A stretch of DNA of 63,936 nt, filler included, from Reticulomyxa filosa (GCA_000512085.1; 20 parts of 20 records of this genome joined end to end with filler, not necessarily neighbours in it), one strand, 5' to 3'. Numbered from the whole stretch's first letter, positions 50,461 through 63,936 are shown. The notes: generated from the letters alone by a model not told the origin. Program-made: numbers and translations.

Positions 50461-53400
50461 ATGCCGACAGACCGTCAAAATGAATTAGAGAGAGTGCGAG
50501 GCCGGTCACAACACAATGCCAGTCCAGATGAAGAAAAAATGACTGTGATAATATCAAAACCTGTCGTAAACAAAAATGCCGAGACAAATGTATCCGCCCA
50601 ATCCAAGAAACAAGTAGTCCCAGCCAAAGAAAAGGGAACAACATCATTGGCGTCGAAAAATCCCACCACCCAAAATATTGTTGCTGAAAACACAAATAAG
50701 AATATACCTGTTACCGTATATGACATGTTTTGTTGAAATTTTTTTTTTTTTTTTTTTTTAATGACGTGTGGGAAACAAAAAGCTGGCAGTTTGAAAATGA
50801 ATGAAATAACTAGACATCCCAAGCAATGGAGCGTGGTCGACGTGTGTAAATTTTTGGGGGATTCAAATGAGAGCGGGGGAGTTGGACTGCCAAACGACGT
50901 GGTGAATATATTCAAGGATGAGTTTATTACTGGCGAGGCCTTGCTGCAGCTATCCCAAGAAGATCTACGTTCGATGGGCGTGAAAATGGGTCCGACAAAG
51001 CTGATTTTATCTCATATCAAGCAAGCAGTGGAAAAATTTGAAGCGAAGCAAAAGCAGCAACAAATCGAAACTCAAAAGGAGATACAAGAGATTGAAACTG
51101 TCAATCCAACGGATATTCCAAATGTACATGAAAACGCAAAAGAAAGTACTGAAGTATCCCCTTCCACTGTTCCATCAGCTGAAAGCAATACAGTGACGCA
51201 AGTCCAAATTAAGATCGAAGAAAATGTCGAGACCAATTCTCGCAACGATGAAAACACATCCACCACCTTGGAACAACCATCCTCTGAGAATGCTCAGATT
51301 CAATCGGCGTTACCCGATTTGAATATAGCAACGGTGGCGAACAAAGACGTGAACGAAGCATCGACAGAAAGCAAGGAAAAGCAAGAGGAGCAGAACGTCG
51401 TGTCCACTGACGACAACAAGGCAAATGAAGCAATCGCGTCGGTTGAGCATACCAATAACAGCAACACTTTGGAATTGGAAAACACGTCTGCATTGCCACG
51501 AGAAGAGCTCGAGAGTTTGAAGTCGAAATTGTTTGACGATAGGGTTCCCAATGAAGAGACCAGCGAACCCACAACGAATGCTGTCAATAAAGACGCTTTT
51601 CAATTTATCGAAGCCGTGGAAGAACAAAAAAAAAAACAGCAAACATTGGAAGTGACCGGTTTGGAACTCGACAATAATACATTTGTGTTCTTTTCTATTG
51701 CGATTCTAATGTGTGTATGTGTGTGTGTGTATGCTCAAATGAAATGGTGAAACAGGAAGCAAACACGAAGTCGTCGAAAGTGCAGAATTCAACGCTTCCC
51801 TAATTTTGGGGCTGTCGACTGAACGGCAAAAAGAAATAAACAAAAAATATCAAAGTCCACCGACAAGTCCACAAAAGAGAGGTCCGATGATGCTGTTCCA
51901 ATCGGGGTCGACCGAAACGCACGAAACCACTTCCAAAGAACCTTTTGCTATGGAAGATACTCCACAAAGTCCCAAATTTGATCGACAAACAGCGAAGAAA
52001 GAGGGATGGGTATTTAAACCATTTGGAGTTTGTATATATAATATGTATATAGTATATGTATATGTTTATACGTATATGCGTGTACATATGTATAAAAGAC
52101 AATATGTGTGATGACAAAAACGCTTCGAAGTTACGTTGTGTGTTTGCAATGTAAATGTTGTTGTTGAAATTGCGGATCAAATGCTCCCTTGGTGAAGTCG
52201 GACGCAAAAGAAAAGAAAGCAAATTTAAAACCAAAGCCTGACGGTCCATTTGATGTTGGCAGCACGCAAGAGGATTTTCAGAGTTGTGCAGATTTGCTGA
52301 TGACCAAATGTAACAACCCCAGTAGCTTATTTAAAGTAATGAAGGGAATCGCTCAGAAATTGAGCTACGATAACCCGCAATACCGAGTCATTGACACGCT
52401 CAATCCGACTGTGCAATTAAAGTTCTTTTCTTTTCTTTTGTTAAAACAAGCAGATTGAAGGAGAGAAGAGAGAAGGTGGGACGATGTATGTGTGTACTTG
52501 TGCATACACGTAAACGGGATGACCAATTTGTTCAAATTCACAAGGTTATTGAAATACGAGGGTATTGACGAATATTTGCAATTATTAGGTTATGAGCCCG
52601 ACACCAACAGCTCCTTGTGGGTATGTCCAAACGACCAGCCACCATTATCGGTGATTGAATCTGCCGTCCAAGTATGCAATGACTATATCATCCAATGCAC
52701 AAAACGAAGACACGCAGTAGAGGCAATTAAAATGTTTAGCGTCGATTTCCGCAAGCAACTCAAATCCACGAATGCCAAAAAAGTACCAAAAAAAACTACA
52801 GCTAATACTAATGCCAATGCAAATACAAATGCCAATACCAATGCTAATACAAATGCCAATACCAATGCTAACAAAAACAAACCTTCTGTTCGCGAGCGAT
52901 CGTTCACAGACGCCATTCCGGCCAATGAAATTGCGATCTCAGCAGCGGGGACTATCAAAAAAACGGGGGATGCCAGCGCCACATCACCGAAATCGCCTCG
53001 TCAATTTCGATTCATGTCAACTGATAGTAATGCAGTCGATGATACTACGAACTCGGTTTGTATAAATATATGTTGTACTAGCTATAGAGGTCGGAGTACA
53101 TTGCTGCTCTTCTTTGCTTGCCAGTTCATTGATCAAAACAAATTCGAACATGCAAACATAGGAAAAAGACACTACTGGACTGCCTGCGTTGCCAGATGAT
53201 GAAGATTTAACCAAAACGGAAACACACAGCAAAGAGAATGAATGGGATGTGCCAGAATTACCAGAAGCGTCCATAACAACGACCCCCAGTCGGTCGCAAG
53301 TCGATCCAGAAGGATCCAAATTTGAAGACGATTTAGAAGCGGAACAAGATCGGTTTCAAGTTTCGGAATTGATTTGGGGAATTACTCACGAAGATAACAA

Positions 53401-55062
53401 AGATGACTCTGCTAAAGAAGTGTTGCTATTGTGCCACCAAAGCTTTTCAACTTCAATGTAATTATTCATTTTGATATACGTACAATATATATACCTTTTT
53501 TTTTTTTTTTTTGTTCCTTTTGGTTTTTAAATAATTTGTTGTTGTTTGATTGTTTGTGAAAAAAAAAGGCATTTATGGCAATGCTTGGCAAAACGGTTTT
53601 TGTATCGCAATTGGTCTCGTAGATCAATTTCATTTTCGGTTAGCAATAACGAAGATCCACCTTTTTACGCTGGACCAGAGGCGCATGATAACAATGGGAA
53701 AGATCAACAAACTGACAAAAAAATTGTTGGCATGGACGCACTTTGGCCCGTTCAAGTAAAAGTGACTAGTTTCTTACAGCATTGGATGCGCCTATATTGG
53801 CAAGAAGATTTTGCGACACAACCCGATTTGGTTCGAAGCATCTTAAAATTTATGGAGTTAGTGGAATACAATCTAACCCATGACAAACGCTTTGACGAAG
53901 CTGCTCGCAAAAAAAATAAAAAGTTGCTGCAAATGATCCAACAAACTATTGAAACACAAGATAAACAATTTCAGAAAAAACAACAAGAGCGACAATCACG
54001 TATCATGTTCAGCAAACAGAAATCTGTCAAAATGTTAGGGATGGACAAAGAAGCCGAAGATTTTTTTAATGACCTTTGCAAGCTCGAAAATAAGGCTATT
54101 GCAGAGCAGTTGACACTTTTGGACTTTGATATTTTCAAACTAATAAAGCCTAGAGAATGCATTGGACAAGTTACCAAATGTTTATTTCAAACTATCAAAA
54201 ACTCAATGAAGCGATTGTTTTCTTTCGGGGACATAATAGGCATGGAAAAAAGAAACAAAACAATATTAGCACCCAATATCTGTAAATTTATCGATCAATT
54301 CAACCGAACTTCAAAGTTTGTGCAAACGTCTATTTTGAACGCTAGTGACGCAAAGATGCGAGGTCGTTTGATCAAAAAGTTTTTGAAAATTGCAAATGTA
54401 AGTATGCTTGTATATATGTTCGTCTACAATTAAGATGAAATACAATACTTTTGTCATCTAGGAATTATTCGCGCTTCACAATTTTCAAGGCTTATGTGCA
54501 GTACACGGTGCCCTAACCAGTGTTCCTATTCATAAACTGAGAGTTGCGTGGAAGACAGTTCCTAGCAAACATGTAGCAAGGTTCGAAGAACTGAAAGTCC
54601 TTTTCCGAACTGCTCACAATATGTCGAATCTGCGAAAAATTCACCGAGAAGCATGCGCTCCAATGATTCCCTATACAGGAATTTTTTTGTCAGACTTAGT
54701 TTCTATTGAGGAAGGCACACGCAAGCGCAAAGATGATGGAAGTGTCAATTTTAGCAAGTTGATCAGATTGAATGTCCAGATTGAGAATAGCCTATTATAT
54801 CAAAAAGTTAATTACTCTTATTACTCTGTTCTCTTTTTTTCAAAGTATTGAGATTTTTGTTCAATAGACGGCTTATCCTTACGAAAGAAATCCGTCATTA
54901 TTTAACTTTTTGGAAAAAGAATTACAAAGACAAGATCAAGTCAAAGCAGAAGATTTGTATGATTTGGCGACAAAGGTAGCAAAAAAGGATTTGAAAAGTA
55001 AAAAGAAACGAAGATTTTTTGGGCATGCGCCAGCCGAAAGTTCTGGTAACTTTGAAATATAA
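50461..55062 (+). CDS. SAM-PUB-REM-CDC25 RasGEF, multi-exon
   Basis: SAM WSVVDVCKFL..FKDEFITGEALLQLSQEDLRSMGVKMGP; PUB-like DNPQYRVIDTLN..LLKYEGIDEYLQLLGY; REM VKVTSFLQHWMRLYWQEDF; CDC25 IAEQLTLLD, FIDQFN, HNFQGLCAVHGAL, MIPYTGIFLSDL, VNFSK. Confidence 0.88.
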
Positions 55063-55450
55063 CGATTTTGTTTCGTTTTTTTAGTTTTTTTGATTTTTCT
55101 TTGTTTATTTCGTTTTTTTCTCCTCTCTCCGTCAAGTACGGTTTCAATTAAAAGAGTGTTTGTGGATCTCGATTTGTAAAATCAACATTATGAATTTCCA
55201 ATGTTGCAATTTCTGTTGCCAAATTCCAAAAATAATATAAAAAATTTTCCTCGAGCGCTTAAACGTTTTTTTAAGATTCTTTCAAAGAAGCAGTTAATGT
55301 TTACAATCTCTCTCATGGTTTTACAAAACTGAATCGGCAACCTACAAAAAATACAAAACAACTTTTTTGAAAGATTGTCTAACGCCAAAGAGACTCGCCG
55401 AACACTTGCAAATGCAAAATTGAACGTCAGGCAAGCAAATCATTTTTAGA

Positions 55451-58400
55451 TTACGTAGATTCTTTTCTATCCTCATTGGATGCATTATGAACATCGTCCT
55501 CTTCTTCGGAACGATATGAAAGATCAGTACCATTTGGAGGAATATGTTGACAATATTTAGTCTGGATAATTTTTACATCATTTTTCGAAACCAACTCCAA
55601 ATACATCTGAAGGAATGCTTCATTTGACGAAGTATCTAGGTCGGTCGTTCGAGAGGGCTCCACTTTTAGTTTTCCGTGAACAAAGTCACTCAGCCATGCA
55701 TCCCACCATTCCCAATTAGGTCGTCTTTGTAACATAAACTGATGGAATGTCTTGTTTTTTGCCATAATCCTCACTAAATGTCGAATAATTAAAAAAATTT
55801 CGCTTGGCTTTTGTTCACGGCAGGTGCTAATCACATTGTAAGCGCCAGAAGAATTCGGATCGAACAATCGTATACATCGGAGCAATTGGTAAGCATCTTC
55901 GATGGCAACAAGTTGTCCAATAAGTAGTATGAATAGTCTGCTCTTTTTGAGATGATGAAATCCTTCATTGTTCAAGCAACTGGCATTAAGCCCATCATTG
56001 ACCACATTACAGATTTCGTTAGTGAATTGCTCATTTTCAAATGACCAGTGACAAAAAAAATTGAACAATGCCTTTGCGACATCTTTCGAACTATGACCAT
56101 ATGGTAAAGATCGCATATAAAAAAATTTTGACTGTGCCAATTCAGCATCTTCTTCCGAGATTTCGAGCAGTTGTTTCTCACCTTGTTTATTCGTATGCGG
56201 CAGAGATGTGTCCGGCAATCTTAAGAGATTTTTTCTTTGATTTTCTGTCAAATTTTGCTGTGTCTTGGCATTGGCTACTCTCGAACGTATTGAGATAGTA
56301 TCACACGAACATAGTAACATTGACAAAGTTTCTATCAATGGATCAAATCTCGGGATGTGTGATCGTGTGCCCATGCGTGGATACTGCTTTTCTGGAGTAT
56401 ATTTTGCATAAGGTGATTCTCTACCTAAAAAAAATTCTCCGAATATTCTAATAAATTTGTTTTCTATTAGCCAGCGTCGGTTATGTGATCCAAGGCGCGC
56501 AAAATCACGGAAAATGCCAAAGAAATGCTCAAATCGATTCCAACATGTGGGCGCAATTTCAATGAGCGATGACAAAGTAGTCATTATTTGGCCCATGGAA
56601 GTAACTTCCATAATTTCTTCTCCTGGGTTCATTTTTTTGATAATACCGAGGAGTTCCTTTTCAAACGGCTGTACTATTTTTAAGGCATGAGCCAAAAGTT
56701 CACTTGTCCCATTGACAATAGCAACCTCACCCCATTGTAACAAATTCATTTCAAGAAAGTTTGGACGTTTACTCCAAGAAATCAAGAGTCGTTTGCAAGC
56801 AGGGACATTGTCTATTGAAGGGTATACGTAGATAATTTTACGACATGTGTATATTTGTTTATTGTTGTCAATAATATTTACAAAAGGACAGAAATAAAAA
56901 ACAGATGAATCAATTGAAATGGCAAAACTTGTAAGCATCCATTTCAACAATTCAATAAATTTTTTAAAGACCACCGAATTATCACCGAATCTACCAACAA
57001 ACCCAAAGCATACCTTGAGGGCTAATTGAATAACAGGTAGGTTTGAATTGTCATTCATTTTTTCATCATCGTATTCTTTAACAATTTGGAGTGGCATTAC
57101 CCTCATAATGTCAAAAATGAACTTGAAATACAAATGGTTAATAACCTGGCGATGCAACATAAATTTGGAATTATCATTGTCAATTTCGTCTTTCAAATGC
57201 GAAGGGATAAGTTTCAAGGTGTCAACATCGAGGAATTGAAGAGGATTGATCGGGGATGTTTGTCCAATTTTCTCCCATTCGGCAAGACCATCATTGTTTT
57301 CATTTGGAACAACATCCTGAGTGGTGGGTTTTGTTTTTTTCGAGTACTTCAAGTCCATCTCAATGCGCCAAGGCAATAAAAATTTTTCCCGTTCGTACAC
57401 TAAAATATAGGCCGATTTGTCGTGATTCACCCAGCTTTGTTCTTTACCAAAGCACTCATCTTTCAAATCTTCAATGTCGAATGCCGTTATAGTGTTATCC
57501 ACAAACTTGGTCCACTTATTCGTTTTGCGATCTCTGATCAATGAGTAATAATTTCCTTCGGTGGGGAGGTCACCGTGCACAACAACACCGACCAGTCTAT
57601 ATTTGTAATAATCCTCTGGCCGCTTTTTGAAATTTTCTATTTTCCAATTGGGATCCTTTTCTACCAGTTTTGCGATTTCTAACTCCCTCAGTCTTTCTTC
57701 TGTGAAAGGTCGTAAGTTCAATTCGAGGGGGAATTCAAAATATTGCCTTAATTTTTCCACTCGAAATGGTGCATTGTGTATTTCAAATCGCTATATGATA
57801 CATATATAAATATACATATGTATATGTGTATATATGTATATATGTATATATGTATATTTATTTTAAAACAAGACATGGTAACACCTTCAAATGGAAGAAA
57901 AGAGTGTTTGGTAGACGATCCAACATCTCACGTTTTAGGACATTACATTTCTTCAAACAAGACTGGCATTCAACGCCTTCCAAATGCTGCTTCTGAATAT
58001 AAGCCTGAAGTGATTCTTGTAAGGTGCGTTTATGACGCAGTTCAAGAGAAAGCATTACAAAACTTTGATTTCTTTCTCTGATCATGTTGCAACCGCCTTG
58101 ACATTGGATCTGGTGAACAGTTTGTCCACTGAAGCAATCTTCCACAAAATGCTCAAGTGGGGTTCCTTCGAATTCACTTTCAATTCGATTCATCAACGAA
58201 TTAATAAATGCTGTTGCATCCTGATCAATTGCCTCATTCACTGGACTTGTCTTGATTTGGTTTTATTATTTCATTGTTTATGTCAACCAATAGAGGGAAA
58301 AAAAAAAAGTGCTATCTTTTTTTTGCAAGAGTTTTAACTAGTGTTTCTTTAACCAATCGGCAAAAGGTCGTGAGGTCATATTCATCTCTTTCCGACAACA

Positions 58401-59265
58401 TCAAGTAGGAAAACATCTTTGTCAGTTCATTGGAAATAATATTGAGTTGTTTGAATATTGGGTCACCTTTGGATTGATCGCCACTCCAAACGATCGCATT
58501 TCTAAAATGCGGCATCATAAAGAGCTGTTGCAACACTGCCTGCATGCAACAAGTATAGCCCATATTTTGGAGACCGACGTAGCTATCCTCTTTTCTAGAG
58601 CAGTCTTCTGGTAAACAGGTGAAATTGGTTGGCTTTCGTACTTGACGATGCAGATCCTTCACTAACTTGAACATGCGGTTAAAATTTTCGGGAACTTCGA
58701 TGCAACACCGAATCAATAATCGTAAGGCTAATTCCCTGTTCACATCTGTCTTACATTTGGGCCAATTGTTTGCTCTGTCTTTTTCCGTCTTGCCAGTGGC
58801 AAACAAGAACGTATTGAATATCTCTTCGATCAATCTGTGCACACATGAGATATATCGTTAAACAATATTTTTTTTTTTTTTTAGAAGAAAGAGGTATCTA
58901 CAAAACTATGTATATACATATACATATACATATATACATATACACAAATATGTATATTATTTGTTTGTCTACCCGCTTTCACCAGCAAGCTTTCGAAAAT
59001 GTTTTTCTCCAGATAAAAAGCCAGAAAGCAATGACAACAAACCGGTGAGTATCTTGTCATTGACAGAGCTTTGGAAGACCTCTTGGCTTTTATAAGCCTT
59101 CAATTGTTCGACCAATCGTTTGAACAGATCGTCCAATTCGAACAGCGAAGATGTACTCTTTTCAATATGATCGTGCATCAACAGCAATACCAGATAAAAA
59201 TACTGGTCAGTTTCAATATTGTCGTTATTTACAACGGGTAAGTGTCGCAACAACAACTCGTGAAA
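55451..59265 (-). CDS. Large USP9X/USP24/USP34-like ubiquitin-specific protease, 3' part; catalytic His and Asp substituted
   Basis: YVGLQNMGYTCCMQAVLQQLFMMP, DQDATAF, LPNTLFFHLK, FEFPLELNLRPFT, YRLVGVVVHGDLPTEGNYYSLI, WTKFVD, SAYILVYER. Confidence 0.9.
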
Positions 59266-59539
59266 AAAAAANNNNNNNNNNNNNNNNNNNNNNNNNNNNN
59301 NNNNNNNNNNNNNNNTTAATTAATTAANNNNNNNNNNNNNNNNNNNNNNNNNNNNNNNNNNNNNNNNNNNNTTTATTTTTGTAAAATACAATCAATTTTT
59401 ATGTCAAAATATTTTTGGTAAAATTTGAACTTGAACTCCTAAAATTCATGTGTTCAGCATTATTTTTCAATCATCATTATCATCATATCATTATATCAGT
59501 ATTATCATGAACAAATATGTATACAATGGTTTCTTCAAC

Positions 59540-59863
59540 AAAAAAAATGATGTATTCCTCGGATTCTCTGAATGTGGCCAATGGGCTGCAAAAGAAAGGC
59601 TGTGACATATATATTGGATGCTTGCAGGACTTAAAGTTGGTGTGGCTGGGAGGACGCGGATGGAACACGAGTCACAAGACTATAGCTTTTGGTTATCGTA
59701 TTCGACGCAAGAGGCCAATAAAGTGATTCCATTTCATCAAAACATTTTCGGATTGGATGGATCACAAAGTGATTTGCTGGCAAATCAAATATTACTCCTT
59801 TCCAAGGCCATTTACGATATCACTACGACCTATTCCTCGTATATGGATCCGACCATTCTGCAA
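59540..59863 (+). pseudogene. Unidentified coding-like fragment with an internal TGA
   Basis: DVFLGFSECGQWAAKERL*HIYWMLAGLKVG..MDPTILQ|gtac; higher GC than the flanks. Confidence 0.3.
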
Positions 59864-62649
59864 GTACACCTCAATCAAACTTCTGATTTATCTTTCAGAG
59901 AATCTATCTGCTTTTTTTTTTAAATAAAAAAATAGATATTTTTCGAGCTGCAATGGCCAGGGTTTGGGGAGTCGTCCAAAATAGTCTATATTTTGCACAT
60001 GCATTTCATTGCACTGCAAACTCCCGTCATTGTTTTTTTCTTGTTTATTAAATTTGTTATTAAATATGCATTTGAAACGTCGATTGCTTTGTTGCACAAT
60101 ATGTCAGCATCTCTAACTTGTTTAAATTACTTTTTTTTAAAGATGTTTGCTCACATTACTAACTTTTGATAAACTCTGATGTAATTGTTTCTTTCATTTA
60201 AAAAAAAATCATTACACATAATTTGCTTTAAATGGTGCCATATATTGCTACTTATATCTTTTTTTTTAATTTGGTGATGAACCAACTCTTGAACTGGTTC
60301 AAATTTTTTTTGATGACAATTATCGTGTTTAAAACAAAAAGTTTTTCTTTATCAAAATTGTATCATGTGCAATGTAGTTTTTACTTTGGCATAAATCTAT
60401 GAAAGTTTTGGTTTGAGTAGTTTTAAAACTTAAAGATTACTTTTTTTTTTTTTTTTGCATAATCTATTCATTGTCCCAAGCATTATTAACAATATCATTT
60501 CAAATAAATTTTTTAGTATTGCGTGTAGAAAAAGAACAATTTTTCATTGCTTTGTTGAAGAGAATTTTTCACAAGTACTGCAATGGAGTGATAAATTTAA
60601 AATAAAATTCTGTGAGAAAGCAGTAACTACAAGGTATTGGAAATAACAAATGGAATTATTGCAAATCAAGGCTTTGCAAAAAATTCACAATTTGAAAGAA
60701 GAAGAATATAATTTCACGACACATCACAAAACGCTAAAAAAAAAAAAAAAGCTAAACAATGTATATTAAATCTATTGAGTGCCTGATATTGTAGTTTTAT
60801 CCCCTTTCTCTTATGATTTTTCTTGTGTATNNNNNNNNNNNNNNNNNNNNNNNNNNNNNNNNNNNNNNNNNNNNTTAATTAATTAANNNNNNNNNNNNNN
60901 NNNNNNNNNNNNNNNNNNNNNNNNNNNNNNCAAATATTGTCAAGCCAAATCAAGTTCCGACTGCTTGCACATATTCGCAAAGGACAACAAATATTTTGCC
61001 AAGAGTTTCAATGGTGAGCCTTTACTAGCCATGCAACGCATTATCACAATCAAAGCAATATTGATGTGATGACCAAACAAAATAGTGGACATTAAGGTGC
61101 CAACTGGAATGAAGGTTCTCGATTTGATATTAGTGCTTTGTATAATTTTTTATATCAATTGATATTAAATTTTATTTTATTAAAAAAAATAGTTCCATTG
61201 GAATTTACAAAGAGTGTAATGTACAAGTACAAGTCAAAGAATTAGCCAGCACTGATCAAACAAAATCTTCAGCTTTTGCGAAGAAGATATTGAGTTGAGG
61301 CCACAAATTGTTTTTTTTTAGTTCTTTTCTTTGTTTTTTTTTTAGAAAGGGTTTGAAGTGAAGTTTTTTTAAAAAGGAGAAAAAGTGGAATGTGTAGCTA
61401 CGTATACGAAATGTATTTTATTATTTTGTTTTTTAGCATTTGATTCGGCGTCGTTTTACCAGAATAATTGTTGCAGTTTGTTATATTGTATTGTCGAATC
61501 GCGAAGTTTGGCTGCAAGAGGAAATAAAGATATAATTTTTATTATTTACTTACATTTGAACTCAAGTTAAAAAAAAAGAAAACAAACATAAGTCATGAAG
61601 AGACAACATTAATTAAATAAATGTTCTACGATTTGCTATTTGTAGGTAAAAAGTGGCAATGCAATAGCGTATGTAGTTAATCTAACGTTGAAGAAATGTT
61701 TGGATTTTGCGTAGTGATTAACAAAAACACAATATATACATATACTACAGCTGATCTTATTGTTAATATTATGTTGTAAATAGACATAAATGGAAATTAT
61801 TAAACTAAACAAACATAAATTCACATACGAATATGTCTCTTTATGAAGCAATAATTTGAAAATTGATTATATTCGGAGAAATGAAGTATCAATTCGCTTT
61901 TGCAAATTAGAAAATGTTTTAAGTGGAGAAGTATTAGTCACAACACAAAGACATCCTCTTACTTCGCGTAATGTGATAGATATTTGCAAGTTAGTTTTTT
62001 TTTCAAACATAAATTATCAAAAAAAAATGTTTAAATATATACTCACATTACAAGAAATTCAAATTCGAAAACATGAACTTGAACAATTTATTTGATTAAA
62101 TTAATCACCAAACAAGATTATAAGTTATCCAATTCACATTTAGTTGTGATTGACACAAAGTCTCGATATTGATGAAATAATAAAAAAAAAATCAAATGAA
62201 AAATGAAGATGAAAAAATAATAGCAATATACGTAAAAAAAAGCGTAAAAAAAAATTTTGTATTTTTTTTAAACAAAGAAAAATATATTGTAGAAATTTAG
62301 CAAAAAAAAAACATTAATATAAAGCAAATCATTATATGTAATGCAGTGTTGTTGTCGCAATGACAAATATTGAAAAGATTTTTGTCACAATTGCAGGTAA
62401 TTATGCGCATATCTTTGCGATCGACCTGTATAACTCATTTCAGAAATGCCGAACTTCTCGATTTCACGGACGTATTTCCACCGATTTCTACTTTTAGATT
62501 CAACATTTCAAAGTTTAGTAGATATCGATATTGCGATATAAAAAGTCATNNNNNNNNNNNNNNNNNNNNNNNNNNNNNNNNNNNNNNNNNNNNTTAATTA
62601 ATTAANNNNNNNNNNNNNNNNNNNNNNNNNNNNNNNNNNNNNNNNNNNN

Positions 62650-62684
<35 letters not shown>

Positions 62685-62779
62685 GAGCATTGGATTGGAA
62701 TAAATGCCGTTCCTTGGGTTATCATTTTATTTACTCATTTATTTATTTATTTTTGTATGTGTTGTTTGCTGTAACAAAG

Positions 62780-63901
62780 ATACGTACAGCAACAAAAGGA
62801 AGCGTATCAATCCCATCCTGTTCTGCTGTCCAAAGCTTCCACACATTGGGAAGACATTAACCGGCACAAATGTACATTGGCTTGGCGTAAAGTGGCGATA
62901 ATAATCATCAAAGATAAGCAAAGAACACATCATGCTCAACTCTTTCATCGCAGTCACTGCAAAAAAAAACGGTTCAATTTTGGGCGTCTCTCATTGCCGA
63001 TGTCCAAAAATACCAGAACTTGACCAAGTTTTGTCCGTCAAGATAAAGCAATTTTTTGCTCTCACATACATTGTTTCCCAAAAACGATTGCAAAATTGCA
63101 ATAATAACAATAATAAAAATAAGAAAACGACTCAAAGGCGTTGCAATGCCGTCCAGAAACGTGTATGGAAGTATTGGATTGATGTAATTGTCATGAAACA
63201 GGAAAAAGGCGAAATGATCCAAGTTGGATTTTTTTTTATTTTTTTTTTTTTGTTTAATCAAACAAAAAAAAATGAAAGTTTGAGGACAAGTTGTATTGAA
63301 CATATGAACAGCAAAAAACGGTGGCCGGAGTGAAACGAAGAGCGATTAATTGTTGGACAAAGTTGGCACGATGGCAACAAAGGAGGAAAGTCCTTGCAAT
63401 GGAAAGGACAATACGCAAATGGCAGAGTTGCGCTGCTGTACGTCGTACAAAGTCATTCGAGCATTTTCAGCATATTCATTGTCTTTTAAAATGGTTTGTC
63501 GTGCATCTCTTCTTCTTTTTTTTTTTTTTTTTTGGTTACGTTTAATCGTTCGTTTGCATAATGGAATCATTACAAATGAAAGGGTGAAGACATCGTATGA
63601 CGTCGACATGGTCAGTTTGTTGGAAAGACATTCCAACGTAACCGAATGGAAGTCAGAGCATGGACGTCTGCCATTCTTACGTACTTCGCAAATAGCCCTT
63701 GTTAAACCGATCCTCGGCAGATATATGGTGCAGAAAATAGTAAAGGAGTGCTTCCGTGAGTGGAAACGAGTATCAGGTCGCGACAAAAATACCAAATCTT
63801 TGATACTTCGCAAGTGGTTGGCTTATATTCGATCACGAAAACACAAGGAACGCACCATTCAGCAGAAATTGACCTTGTCTGTCCAATGTTGTGCATTTCA
63901 A
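62780..63901 (+). CDS. Sfi1-like centrin-binding repeat protein, internal fragment
   Basis: Helical exons with periodic Trp motifs: KCTLAWRK, KTVQFWAS, KRVWKYWID, RAINCWTK, RTIRKWQS, KECFREWKR, LILRKWLAY. Confidence 0.6.
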
Positions 63902-63936
63902 GTTATCTTCTATGTTTTTTTTTTTTTTTTTTTTTT

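Noticed and set aside
50213-59271. RasGEF2 plus pseudo-USP, or genes on neighbouring contigs, as an operon-like system
   Set aside because: These are convergent eukaryotic genes with no evidence of co-regulation, and cross-contig neighbourhood is an artefact of concatenation.

Overview
This window is not one locus. It is about 20 short AT-rich eukaryotic contigs joined by an artificial 100-bp linker (44 N + TTAATTAATTAA + 44 N, stops in all six frames), so adjacency means something only within a contig. The intron-rich genes, poly-A/AC microsatellites and lineage-typical WD40 and kelch families (e.g. FHQLPVCDDIA...HKYSIRENKW, NLCYGSVKGPIRIWG) look like the foraminiferan Reticulomyxa filosa; this is from recognition, not a search. 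Recognisable genes are USP14/Ubp6, an L-type lectin (VIP36/ERGIC-53-like), a secreted or ER beta-propeller, a DEK_C-PC4 (KELP-like) coactivator, an ankyrin protein, SPATA20/YyaL, an F-BAR protein, a kelch protein, G-protein beta, an axonemal dynein heavy chain N-terminus, a MATE-like transporter, a PX-WD40 protein, two RasGEFs, a GPCR-like protein, VPS18, a large USP9/24/34-like protein and an Sfi1-like protein. There are also Pumilio, WD40 and kelch pseudogenes. The most notable observations are: (1) a dimeric higher-order tandem repeat of ~340-bp monomers with a conserved CCAAGTG-N17-19-CACTTGG inverted motif, a piece of which recurs next to a GC-cored foldback resembling two head-to-head transposon ends; (2) a Tc1/mariner-type MITE family; (3) a SAM-PUB-RasGEF architecture; (4) a large USP lacking its catalytic His and Asp (pseudo-DUB); (5) a VPS18 RING missing one zinc site; (6) introns with poly-A instead of polypyrimidine tracts at the acceptor. 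No prokaryotic-type system, CRISPR array, rRNA or tRNA was seen.
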